From positions 7,130,001 through 7,194,000 of the forward strand of contig OZ296659.1 in assembly GCA_965655095.1 (NCBI GenBank): a DNA stretch of 64,000 bases, written 5' to 3'. Each line of letters opens with the position of its first letter. Within the stretch, counting starts at the first letter, position 1. The translations under genes were made by a program, and so were the position numbers. Of this stretch, positions 43,501 through 55,640 are shown piece by piece. The stretch is from Haplodiscus bocki (lineage: Eukaryota). Under the pieces are notes generated by a model. That model was not told where the DNA came from, did not search any database, and saw nothing but the letters and a program-made list of their open reading frames with translations.

Positions 43501-46471
43501 GTTGGTTTTTTTGTATTATTTCTCATGGAAACTAGCCAAGTTTCAAACACTATTCCAACGACTCCCGCCAAAAACAGCTTGAAGCGAAGGACAAAAAGCA
43601 GACAACTTTCTCCAGTTTTTGTGTTAAACAAGACAAATCCGAAGCTTACTGTAAAACCACACTAACACTTAGGAATCTATTTTCGATACAAGTCCAGGAT
43701 ATTAAAAAACTATACGTCATCCCGTTCAAAAATATTCTTCTAGTTTTGCCTTCTCGCAGGCCAAACCAACGTCCTGCTCTAAATTTTCTCGAGCAATACA
43801 AAATCGCAAATTCATTTCTTGGACATGGAAAACCTAAATTTTTTAATCGAAAGCTGAATAAGCGTCAGTTTGTTTGTTCATTTAAAAGAGTGTTTGAAAC
43901 ATTTCCTTACAGAGCGAGTTTGAAGTTCAGACTTTTTTCTTTCGCATCTTGCCTCAGTGCCAAAACCCAATAAAAACTGACGCCCTCCTGTGCTCGGGAG
44001 GCTAAAAAAGCTTTCTTTTACTGAAGAACAGGTTTATTCTAATTTACCGGAAACAAGCGCCTCTAGTTTCAGAGTTATCAACGTTTTCGGTATGTTTATT
44101 GTCTTCTTGACTCGAGAAAATTCGAACAACTAGAATGCTTTCAAAAATGTAAGACGATATTCGCAAGGTTCAATTGATTTCATGGCAACCACTACGCAAT
44201 CTGGAGTCTGAGTATTGTCCCTGACGTCAACTTGAACTCGGAGACTCTTAGATAGGTGAAAACTGTTGAGAACGTGTCTCCACTTTTTCAACAGCTGACT
44301 TGGACAGCTCACACGAATCATCTCAATTCCATCCGAATTTTCGAAAAACTTCGAGCTCTGGTAGCAACCTAATTTTTTTAGTTTTCATGGTTTGGAAACC
44401 CGAAGATTTTTCCTTTGCTTAGGGCAATGAGGTGCTTCAACTGCTCATCCTACCAATTACTGTTCGGCAAAAACGGTAGGAATCATGAGTGGCACCGCTT
44501 CCAACAAAGTCATCTTTTGTGGACTTAAAGTCCAATTTTTTCACAAAATTCCAATTGTCTGAAACCTGCATAAACTGAAAAATTGAAAACTGATAAGTGA
44601 CATCAATGGCCGAATTAAAACAGATGAAGGGAATTTTGTTATGGAAGCTACTACTCGAAAAACGTTTTTTAGTGTAAATCGCAACTTCAATTGCTCTTAT
44701 CAAATCTAACTGGTTCTTCAATTTGTTTCGCAGGAAAACTAGCCATGTTCCAAACATTATTCCAACGGTTCCGCCAACAACATTCTGAAGCGAAGGTTAA
44801 AAAGCAGAGCTTTCGTTCCAGCTTTGGGTTGAAACACGACAAATCCAAAGCTTACTGCAAAACCACACTAAAAACTTGCAAACTACATTCGACTCAGGTC
44901 GAGGTTCTTCAAAACAAGACGTTGTTCCATTCGAATATCTTTTTCTAATTTTGCCTTCTCACAGGCTGAACCAACGTCCTGCTCTAAACTTTCTCGAGCA
45001 ATACAAAATCGCCAACGCACTTCTTGGACATGGACAATTCAAATTCTCTTAATCGATACTTGTATAAGCGTCAGTTTGTGTTTGTTTGTTCCATTAAAAG
45101 AGTGTTCGAAACATTTCGTTACAGAGCGAGTTTGAAGTTCAAAATTTTCTTTCACATCTTTCCTCAGTGCCGAAACTAATGAAAAACTGACGCCATCTTG
45201 TGCTCGTGAGGCTAGAAAAGCTTTTTTTACTTAAGAACAGATTTTTCTACTTCACGGTAGTTAAGCCGCTCCAGTTTCAGAGTTATCAACGTGTTCGGTA
45301 TGTTTATTGTCTTCTTGACTCGAGGAAATTTGAACAACTGAAGTGGTTTTATAATTGTAGGACGATTTTCGAAACGTGCAGTTGCTTTTGATGGCAACCA
45401 CTACGCATTCTGGATTTTGATTATTGTCCCTCAATTCAACCAAATCTCGGAGACTCTTGGAAAGGTGAAAAATGTCGAGAACGTGTTTCCATTTTTCCTA
45501 CAGTTGCCCGGAACAGCTCACACAATTCTTTTCGATTCTATCCGAATTTTCGAAAAAGTTCGTGCTCTGGTAGCAACCTAATATTTTCAGTTTCATGGTT
45601 TGGAAACCCGAAGTTTTTTCCTTTGCTTAAGGCGATGAGTAGCTTCAACTGCTCATCCTACCAATTACTGTTCCACAAAAACAGTAGAAAACATGAGTGG
45701 CACTGCTTCCAACAAAGTGATCTTTTGTGGACCTTAAGTCCAATTTTTTACACGAAATTCCAAACGTCGGAAACTGCATAAACTGAAAATTTGAAAACTG
45801 TTATGTGAGATATGTGAGATCAATGGCCGAAATATAAGTCATGAACGGAGCTTTGTTATGCAAGCTGCTACTCGAAAAACGTTTGGTAGTGTGGAACGCA
45901 ACTTCAATAGCTCTTATCAAAACTAGTTGGTGTTTTAAATTGTTTCACAGGAAAACTAGCCAAGTTTCAAACATTTCTTCAACGACTGCCGCCATTTTTA
46001 TTTGGAAGCGAAGGATAAAGGACAATGTTTTTCTCCAAATTTTGAATGAAACAAAACAAATCCAAGTCTTACTGTAAAGCCACACTAACAACTTGCAAAC
46101 CGTTTTCGAGTCAGGTCCAGGATCTTCAAAACTGTACGTCGGTCCATTCAAATATCTTCTTCTAGTTTTGCCTTCTCGCAGGCTGAACCAATTTCCTACT
46201 CTAAACTTTCTCGAGCAATACAAAACTGCATATGCATTTCTTGGACATGGACAATTTATATAATTTTAATCGAGAGCTGAATAAGCGTCAGTTCGTTTGT
46301 TCCATTAATTTTGTGTTTCATACCTTTTGTTACAGAGTGAATTTGAAGTTCAAAATTTTTTCATTCGCGTCTGGCCTCGGTGCCAAAACCCAATAAAAAC
46401 TGACGCCCTCCTGTAGCCGGGAGGCCAGAAAAGCTTTCTTTTACTGACGAACACGTTTTTTCTAATTCACC
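7521..46471. repeat. Tandem satellite/macrosatellite array, ~1.21-kb unit, ~32 copies (~39 kb)
   Basis: The marker ccacactaaca (or a close variant) recurs at ~7524, 8125, 9349, 10568, 11779, 12991, 14205, 15418, 16631, 17840, 19045 ... 40763, 42449, 43656, 44863 and 46080. Usual spacing is ~1200-1225 bp; exceptions are 601 bp (first unit) and ~1686 bp (at 40.8-42.4 kb). The same short ORF peptides recur at this period but with variable stops and frameshifts, so the unit is non-coding. Confidence 0.97.
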
Positions 46472-48069
46472 TAAGACAATTCCTGTGGACGAAGGGCTAG
46501 AAAACTTTGTAGGAATAACAAAGTTCACATGCTGCATCAAAAAATACTTTCCCTACGCTTTGGCCCAAGACACTGACACTCAGCAGGTTTTGCAAAAGAT
46601 GAAAAACATGATGAAATTTTTCCGTTTTACAGGAAGAACGTTTCCAGTAGCAATTACAGGAGTTTTGGAAAAGAAACCTGGGGGTATAACTAAGAATCTT
46701 TAACACAAAACATACGCTACGTACAACTGGACTCTCACATCGTCTCCTGACTTTTCAAGATACAGGAACCAGAATACAAAAAGATCTCCGCACCCTGCGA
46801 AAAATTCCCTATATTTTCTCATTTTATATCCCAACCTGACTGTCAGAAACTCTGGGACTCACTATCGGAAATGGGTTTTCTAACTACGGTCCCCTGCAGA
46901 AAAAATGTTCACAAGTCCGGTTTTGTTTCAAACAAAATATTTATTAGAAAATTTCTTAGCATTAACTAGCGAAACATACAGAGCTGCCTCGGACCTATTT
47001 TGACTCAAGTTACTGCAATCTTTATATTTCAGGAAATCCAGATGCATCGTCGCTCAGTTGCAAACTTTTGATCGCATGGCGTTTCTTCAAGCGTAGGCGT
47101 TGAACTGGTTTCAAGTGTAAAATGGGTTGAACGGTGATATAAATATTTTATCTATATTTTTGGCGTAAATTTTGTTGTTGCGTACTCACAAATCTACATT
47201 TGGATGTTGATTTGTGTGCAGCAGGAAATTGAATAACAAAAAAGTTGATGATGTTTCGAATAAATAAACCACTTTTGGGTCAAAGCAAGTGGACTAATTG
47301 AAACGTTTCGTGATCGGTGCCATAGAATAGACATATCACTAAAAAGTGTTCTAGTTAATATGTGGAAAAAAGTATTCATCTAATTGAAAGTGGTGATATA
47401 AATAAAACTGGAAACTGTAAGAAAGTTGATGAAGGGTTTCAAAAACGTCAATTAAAACGCTCTTATGTGAACCTCATAGTAACGGAATGGAAGATCGTAA
47501 CATATCAAAAATTCATTTCAAAAGCAAAAAACCACTGCGAACAATTTTATTCGAGAAAGTAATCTCACTAAGAATCGGATCAGAAATACGTCACAACAAA
47601 GAAAGATTCACTTAAAGTCCAGCTGAAAAAAAAAGAGGAAGATAATTAAAAGGAAAAATATATACACTTACAGAAGAAGAAAAGTGGATGATCTTTGAAA
47701 AAAACAAAAGAAGAAAAAATGAAGGTGCGTCAAAGTCCCACGCCCTTTCCGGGGAAGATCGCTTTACAATTGACAATGATGAAGCCATAAAAAGCTACAT
47801 GAAATAATTGAGAAAAGAAAGTCGGGAGCGCAAAAAAAGAAAACCTAAAAGAGACAGCATTTTGAAATTGTTTAGGTTTTTTTGGTATAGATGCAAGGGA
47901 AATCTTTTTCGAAAATTCGAATATTTTCAAAAACAGACAAATGATGAAATCTACAACTTCAAATTTCGTTTTACTAGAAAAACTTAGAACGGCAACGGTG
48001 ATTAAAAAATCTTCTAATGAGGACAAAAAAAATTGAAGCCTGCAATGCTTCTATAGATCACAAACACAA

Positions 48070-50867
48070 TGACAGTATGATGAGGATGATGCAATTTTTT
48101 TATTGACTACTTCATTGAATTAAATAATCCTCCTTTTGAAAAAGTAAAACGTAGTGAATGTGGTAAAGGACGTTATCATTTTTACAAAATTAAAGAAAGT
48201 GAAGGGAAGAACCTGATATTCCTACCAGAAACGTGTTCGTGTTTTAACCAAAAAACCTTTATCAAATGAGCATATTGAATTTACTTGCGGCTTTGATAGA
48301 AGAAGAACAGTAAAATGTGCAGCTAGATTTGAAGGAGCCTGTCAAAGTATACATAAATATAGGTTGTTTCAATGTGAAGTGAAAACTACCTAGATCATGT
48401 AAAGATTGAAATAAAAATCTTTCTTTGTACGAAAAACAATCTCGGGTAATATGGATCATTGAAGGTGTATAATCACTCAAAGCTACTGAAGGGGAGAAAC
48501 AGAACTTTGAATTGCAAGCATCTTGTCCTATTTACGATCTTGTTTAGGCAATATAAATTTATATATTATCCAGGAAAAATAAAATCAACTGAAGAATAAA
48601 AAATTTGCGAATTAAAACTTTTCAAAAGAAACAAAGAAATCACATACACTTATACCTTTCATCTTTTTTCAAAAAATATTGGAAAATTTGATCGACATTT
48701 GGCGAATGGAGAGATTGAAAAACTCAAGAGTATTACCGTTGTGATGAAAAACGAAGATCAATTCAGGCAATCGGTTAAGTACTTGAAAAAATATGCAGCT
48801 GAACCGAAACGGAGAAATGTTAATTTTGTGCGAACGACCGATGAATATGAATCTAAGCTCATTGCTCACTATGGATCAAGTTTTGATAAGTTGGATTATT
48901 TTGAATAATCTATCTACATTGTTTGAAAAAATCAACCCAAATAAAACTTCCAAGGGACTGAATACTTTTGAAAACGTTTAATGGCTTCTGAGATGTTAGA
49001 GGAAACAGTAACGGAGAAAAGAACATTTCCTTAGCAATGTGAATCACTTAAAAGATTGATTACGAAATCCAGACGAAACAATCGTTTTACAAAGAAAACT
49101 TTGAAAAAAGTTCACGAAGAAGTTTTTGGAGCGACTGGTGAAGATATGAGAGATGAATGGCTACCGGAGTTGAAAAATGAGATATTGTCTTTACTTTTTA
49201 TCTATTTGAGATATACAATGAAAATGGTGAATAATATTTCATTTGGAATGAAAGATTGTTAATCTCTCCCTTCTTCGGGTTCTAAACTTTCCATTTCGTT
49301 GATGAGCCAATCTCTACATACACGGACAATTATTTGAGAAATCTTGTCAAAAAGGTATGGAAATTGGGGAAATAGGATATTGTAACCAATTTTAAAAAAC
49401 GATAACTCGACTGATAAGTTTATTATTTTTATAGAAGAGTTGAAAAGTGAAGGGAATATTCCAATCCATGATAGTTGAGATTTATCTTCAATATACATAA
49501 AGCAAAAACAAGTGAAAACATTTTGAAAAAGAAACTGTTAAAAAAATTGTGAGTAAATAAAAATCAATGAAAAAAACTCTATCAACAAAACAGTTTCAGA
49601 ATTATCATTCATCAAGACGTTTCAACAAGTGACTCATGACAATTTCCTGACGCCTTTCATGTTAAATCTTTATATCCTACATTAATGTCACATATGGAGT
49701 CAATTCATCCAAAGAACGAAACAAATTTTGATATAACGGAAGATATGAGTGATGACTTTAATGACAGATTTAATAGAAAAACGATTGGGAAGAAAAAACA
49801 CAGATTGTTCAACAGCTAGGTCAGTAATACTCAAATAAAAAAGTAATAACCAGAAAACATATATGTATAACACGTGCCTGTTGACAAAAAAGTTGAGAAA
49901 GGAGAAATAAACAGGCTAAGGAAAAGAAACATATTTGATAACTCAACATCAGTCAAAAATCTAGAAATATTTTAAAAAAGGTGCATCATTGTTCAAGATT
50001 TTTGAAAAATATTTCTATCAGGAAAGCAGTATGAAGAAAACGGAAATGCAAAATTAGAATAAATGATAAATTCAAATTTTAACTCTTTTTTTGGTCAGCG
50101 CATTAGGTAAAATATAGATTTCAGGCATGTATTCAAAACTGAAAGATGGACTGAAACTGAATAAGATGATATAATAGAAGAAGATTACAAAGTGGAAAAG
50201 GGATGTTATGTTGTAAAAAAGAAAATTGATGAAACAGTAGATGATGATGAAACATCTGTAACTAACAAAGTTCCATCAAATTCAGGAGCCTTTATTTTTA
50301 GCAACAGCAGTAAAATGAATCATTGTATAGTGTTTAAAAATGGCGTTAAAGGTGATAGTGATCCTTGCATGCATGCATATTCATCACGCATTGACGGATA
50401 ACGTCTTGAAAAACTGAGTGAAACAAGTTATGTTAGTGAAGAGTTAGGACAAAGAGAACATCATTGCGGTTTTGATTGTATGTTCTATGCTTTGTTTTTG
50501 GCACCTAAAAATAAATACTGTCCAACAATTGACGATTATAGAGTCCTAGTTTAAAAAGGATCATTGAGGGATTTGAAGATGTTGCGAGAGTGTCAGACAG
50601 AAGAAGTTTTTTCATAGGGAAAATGGAATAACTGTTAAACAATATTTTGTGTCAAGTCAAAAAATGTCTCCTCCAAATGGAGTTATTATACCGACTAGAA
50701 TAGGAAACTGTGAAAAATTTCCGAAAAATTTTGCTAAAGTTAAATTTGTTGCTGTTGATATATGCAGAACAAAAACCAGAGAATCAAAAGAAAATAAAGT
50801 TCAATTTATGATTAGAAAAGAATCACCAATTGAAAAAGGACTTTAATTACCTTTTTATGTGACTTAG
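48070..50867 (+). pseudogene. Protein-primed family B DNA polymerase (pPolB) remnant
   Basis: Motifs in canonical order across frames: ExoII-like LIAHYGSSFD (~48858-48887); ExoIII-like EWLPELKNEILS (~49155-49190); motif A KSLYPTLM (~49664-49687); motif B NSFFGQRIR (50081-50107); PSNSGAFIFSNS (~50272-50307); motif C decayed to CMHAYS (~50366-50383); FYALFLAPKNKYC (~50483-50521). The 5' part may extend to ~47.4 kb. Confidence 0.88.
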
Positions 50868-50899
50868 TGAAGGAGGAGAAGTGATTTTTCAAATATAAA

Positions 50900-51620
50900 A
50901 ACTATGCAAGTTCTCCAAAAGAAAGTTTCCCTACAAACGAAGTTTTTCTGTGAAACATAGATGACACTTGAAGCCAGGGTTTTTAAAACCTAATAGACTA
51001 AGGTCCAAAAAAGTGAATGTTATTTTTTATCCTAGTCACCATTGACATTTTCAACAAGTTTGGATGGACTGTTTTTTTTTGAAAAAAGAGCACAAACGAT
51101 AAAAGATTCAATTGAGAACCTCCTTAGAAACTTTTGAGAATGATGATGTAAAAGAGATTTTAAATAACATTTTCACTGATTTCCTTAAAAAAAAAACATT
51201 TTCGAAGGTTTGGTCGCTATACTTCAAAAAAAGTTATTTCGCTGAACTTTCCAATTAAAATATTGGAGATGTTTCAGGAAAACTTGTTTTCCGAAAAAAA
51301 GTTAACGCAATTTAGATAGTTTAAACAAACGCAATCACAAAGCCATATAATGAAAAAAACTCTCCTGAACCAAGTTGTAACCAATCGAAGCACCTTTATT
51401 AGAGAAGGATATGGTTTTTAAAACATAGAAGACAAAAGAAAGAAAATAAAACCAAATTTTAAGTTGGGAGACTTTGTCAGAAAAACAGATAAAATGGTTT
51501 TTTCGCAAATTGATAGCACAATTTGGTCTTCCAGTTTGTACACATTGACAGAAGATATCGATGACACAATACCAACTTATCATATAAATAAAGTACCCAA
51601 AAGACCTTATGAAGTTTTTT
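50900..51620 (+). pseudogene. Retroviral-like (RVE/c-integrase) integrase remnant
   Basis: ILVTIDIFNKFGWTV (51029-51073) matches the RVE L.vID.FSK..w segment. C-terminal KPNFKLGDFVRK...FSQIDSTIWS..LYTL (51449-51550) matches the Polinton-integrase F.vGD.VR...F.K....WS...y.i SH3-like tail. Multiple frameshifts and stops. Confidence 0.85.
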
Positions 51621-51689
51621 GAAAAAAAAAGTTCGGCAGGGGAAAAAACTGGAGGTGAATGAAAAACGAGAAGTCCGATGAGAAGTTGT

Positions 51690-52917
51690 TGAAGGTTTTA
51701 ATGTCTTTGGTCATCACTGCTAGTTGAATATTTCTTGCTTGTTAATACAAGAGTGTAACCAGCATGTCTACTCCCGTCAATATCAAATGTTTATCTAAAG
51801 TTTAGTTCCAGTGTTTGTGGTTCAGAGGATTTTTCTGGTACCGTAAATCGAAATAAAATATAAAATTAGAATCAATTTCAGTCTCAAAGTCATTTTGAAT
51901 TTTAATCTGGTACAAAATCCTATCTGCAGTTCAATGTCTAAAACATGATACGATTTCTGAAGATCCTTGTAAAAAATTATCATCACTATATTTTACGTTT
52001 ATGCCGGCATCAGTGTCTTTCTCATTTGCAGTAATAGTTTGAGCACATGACACAAGCATTCTGGCAAATGCATCACTTTCATGATCTTCAATATTTATCC
52101 AAACTTTCAACTGAAAACCGACAACATAAAGCGGGACACTCATTTCATTTTCAGTATCAAATTCAATTTTCCAATGACTTTGGGTATTCAGATTTTTTCG
52201 GAAAACGTATTTTTCAATTTAGTGTTATTCATTTCGTGCTCTAGACACAGAAATTTCTTACAAAATACTCTGTCGAAACTTTCTAGGAGTAAAATGTGAG
52301 AGAAACCAATTAAAAGGCTTGGTAAGAGTTTTCATCTCAGCAGTAACATCAGCTTTGTGTGTTGCAGCAATATCAATATTTCCTTTCGAAGTCTACTGGT
52401 AATCTAAGCTGTATTTACCATTATCCTGATAATCACGAAATTCAGAAACGTCTTTTGAAACAATTCATTGTTTTTAATTTTTTTACCATGTTTTCAACAG
52501 GAGAATAACCTGTCCTATTGGATAAGTCCAATCGTTTTCTGGTATTGTCGCGTTCAAAACCAGTAGATTAACCATTTTGCCCAAATCTGGAAATTAATAG
52601 TTTTTACAACAAAGATACAACATGTGGAAAATCATGGCGTTCCGAAGTTTTTCCCTTACCAGTTGTTAATTGATTTTCAATAAAAAAAGCTCTAGGGCCT
52701 AAATGTAACAACAAAACAGTTCCTTAGTACAAAATTTTTCACAATACTGACATTGAAAGTTTTTACTTATATAATCTTTAAATATAATTTTCACTTTTCC
52801 ACAGAACTTATCACCGTCCGAATTATTTATCCATAGATTTCAAAAATGTCGAGTCTTTGTTAAAAATTTGTCTATTCCTAGTTATAGGCACACATCTAGG
52901 CTTTGTTCTAGGTTCAT
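51690..52917 (-). pseudogene. Polinton-type major capsid protein (double jelly-roll) remnant
   Basis: Minus-strand fragments LLLHLGPRAFL (~52686-52720), DFPHVVSLL, EKDTDAGINVKYSDDNFLQG (ORF 51931-52143), FYFDLRYQK and GYTLVLTSK..SSDDQRH near the 3' end. Length ~1.2 kb, convergent with the integrase. Recognised from recalled Polinton MCP patterns, not from a search. Confidence 0.6.
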
Positions 52918-52929
52918 TTCTGGGAAATT

Positions 52930-53850
52930 TTTAAGTTTAGAGAGCTATGTTGCCTCTACAGAGTTTATTTTCATTTTTACTTTAAGAATAAAGAAATTTA
53001 TGGTTACTGCCTTGTTCTTAAAAAAAACTGTTAGTTTATCTCAAGTATTTTTTGAAGATATAAATAAATTATAATGTTTCTTTTGATCAATCACATTATC
53101 TTCAACACGTTTTCAATATAAACTATCAAAAGAGTTATAACTTTTTTAGCTCTCCCATAATGTTTTTTGTGTATAACAGATTTATTCACAATTGTTTCAT
53201 GCAAACATTTTTAAGCAAAGGATAACACATGAGCAATTCTGCTTGAAATTGATATTACTATTATTCCAGAACCTGTACAAGACTATGTTACAGAAGTCGA
53301 AGTTGTAGCATGGAAACAGAAGTATCAAAGGATTTCACTGTAGTATAGAACTTTTCCAAAATGTTTTTCTCGATTGTCAATTTTTGTCGTTGAAGTAGAT
53401 AATCATTTCAGTATGATTGTTAACCTTTGAAATATATATTCTCTATATACTTCACGATGAAGTTTGGTTTAAAAATGGGAGTATTCTTCATCCCAATTTT
53501 CAATTTCTTTTCATTTACTCTGCTTTTAAATTGAGCTGCAGATATTACACTTCTTCCTGATTTTTTTCTGAAAGGAAATAATTTATTTAAATGCTAGTTA
53601 GTTTTAGGATGTCCTTATTTTCCGACGGTGTAAATTCATAAATTGTTGTTCTCTTCATTCTAAAAAAAAAACAGAGTTATGATCTTCTTAAAAAGTTACG
53701 TCCAAGAACCTTTCACATTCTAAGTTCAAAGAAAGTTCCTTCAATAAGATTCAGAAAACTTATTCGTTTCAATTTCTAAAGTTTTTTTGGTCTTGTTTTG
53801 TTGGTTTCATGGGTTTCTCAGTAATCTTCTCACTTTAAAAAAAAATGAAT
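52930..53850 (-). pseudogene. Putative minor capsid (penton) protein remnant
   Basis: Directly upstream of the MCP on the same strand. Fragments include KTLEIE...KGSWT*L..EDHNSVF..NEENNNYEF (~53640-53800) and DSLY*KRVEDNVIDQ (~53080-53130). Very decayed; position and weak motif similarity only. Confidence 0.35.
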
Positions 53851-53859
53851 ATTTTGAGT

Positions 53860-54183
53860 TTTCCAAGTTCTTTTAGTATGTTTAAACCCATTGCCAGACA
53901 GTTTCTTCATAAAAAACTTTTGTCTTCAGTTATTGTTTTTCGGATAAATATTTTTGAGGCGAAAATCCATAAGAATTAAAAACGCATCCGTTTATATATA
54001 GAACCCACTGCGTATCTCTAATTGGGTGTAACTTGAAAATTTTATCTTTTATTGTAAAATGACTATCTCCCATGATTTTGTTTGTATTTTTTCCTAATTT
54101 GTTTAGTACTTCTTTACTTTTTCATTTGATGTAGCTCTACTTTTCAAATTAGAAAAAGTATTAAAATCAGTAATCGTTAACAT
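53860..54183 (-). pseudogene. Adenain-like (Polinton PRO) cysteine protease remnant
   Basis: ATG at 54183 gives MLTITDFNTFSNLKSRATSNEK; after a frameshift, MGDSHFTIKDKIFKLHPIRDTQWVLYINGCVFNSYGFSPQKYLS (54073-53942). This matches the G.HWV....yFDSYG..P signature with catalytic H->Q and D->N. A downstream NCLA segment lies in another frame. Below the ORF-track length cut-off. Confidence 0.7.
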
Positions 54184-55139
54184 CTGTAGTCTCCTAATTC
54201 ACTTCATCGTCTTTTATGAAGTTATATGTTTTGTTATGAAAGCAATCAAACGGGCTCAAATCATAAAGTATTCGTTTTGTAGCGTAAACCGAATTCATAG
54301 ATCTATAAAATCATTAAAATCTAGCTGAAAGTAGTTGAAGGACTTTTCAAAACTTTTAGACATGCCTCTACTCTCTCACGCGATGAGTTATTAGCTTCCT
54401 TAATCTGTATGATTTCATTTAGAAGTAATTCTTCTTCAAATCGTTGAAGTTATTCATATCAAAAATCGTTTATTTTTTAATGTTTTTAGTTGCTCTTTTA
54501 GCGTATATAAAAACTTTTTTAATTGTGCGATTTTTTTGTCGTGTGACTCATCTTTTTCGGAAACGTTATGGTAAAATTAGGTTTTACCTTGTTTATTGCA
54601 GTTTGTAAATTTCAAATATTTTACGTTTACAATGTTATGTACAATGAAAGATGAGCAACTAGACAATTATTATGATTTGTTATATAAAAGGAAAAACCAA
54701 ATGTTTTGAATACGTATATGTTTTAAAAATTGTTGTTCTTTTTTTTCAAAAAAATGTTCCTTATGTTCTTTTGAAATTTCTATTCACTCTCTCTAGTACT
54801 TTGTCTAGTTGTTGGTTTGAAAAACTCAGTCAGATTTGTTTTTGTTCAATTTTTTTATGGTTTCCTCATTTGAAAATCCTATTTTTTGAGATAAAAAGAT
54901 AATTTTATTGTCCTTAAGATCAATTTCTTCATCCATATTTTCAATCACTTCACACATTTTTTCTACTGCTTCTTCTTATACCTTTTTTGAATTAAGGAAT
55001 TTTGTCCCATTTGAAATTGTTTTCTCTATAACTCAAATAAATTTTTATCGATAAAAACTTCTGTGCTTTTCTGTGTTTTTGGAATATTTTTAATTGTTTC
55101 TTTAATTTCAGTCATCTAGTTATTAGTGAAAACTTTATC

Positions 55140-55640
55140 AATTATTAGTTCACCAGAAAAAGTTTTTTTCTAATTGTCAGCTTTTTCGGCCTTCGCGAAA
55201 CGAAAATGAAGCTTCGCCCCTTTTTTTCGAATTAGATGAGGTTATGGAATGTCTTTGGGAGTTCTTTTTGTTTTTGCTTCTCTGATACAAACTGCCCATA
55301 CTTATGTCTATTCCTTGTCTTTTGATTGCAGAGTATGAAAGCAAGATTTCTTTTGTTTTTTGTTTTTGGGGGAATTTCAGACCATTATATATACTCCATA
55401 ACGTCTAACATTAACTTTTGATTACATAGATGTAGTATTGGTTTTGCTTCTAATTTTTTTGATTCGCAAGCTGAATCTATCATAAAATTAAAGGACATTT
55501 AATTGAAAAAAATGAATAATTTTATCTGTAGAGTAAAAAATGGCATCAGGTTTGCGAAAAGATATACATTACGGTACAGAAGGAAATTTGTGTATAAATC
55601 AGAAACTTGGAAAAATAAATCCGAAGTTAATCGATATAAT
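55140..55640 (+). pseudogene. Possible A32/FtsK-like packaging ATPase remnant
   Basis: FLIVSFFGLRETKM (~55165-55210) lies where a decayed Walker A (hhhG..G.GKT) could be; ITSNI (~55398) and IRFAKRYTLR (~55545-55575) weakly resemble the C-terminal half. Supported mostly by context. Confidence 0.25.

Noticed and set aside
7521-46471. Recurrent 60-220 aa ORFs in the array as a tandem protein-coding gene family
   Set aside because: Stops and frameshifts differ between copies, indels are not multiples of three, ORFs occur in all six frames, and no domain is recognisable.
7521-46471. Array as a 5S rRNA, tRNA, snRNA, SL RNA or histone tandem cluster, or as a CRISPR array
   Set aside because: I could not recognise any such gene sequence in the unit. 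The whole unit repeats without unique spacers, and the context is eukaryotic. An Rfam scan would be the definitive check.
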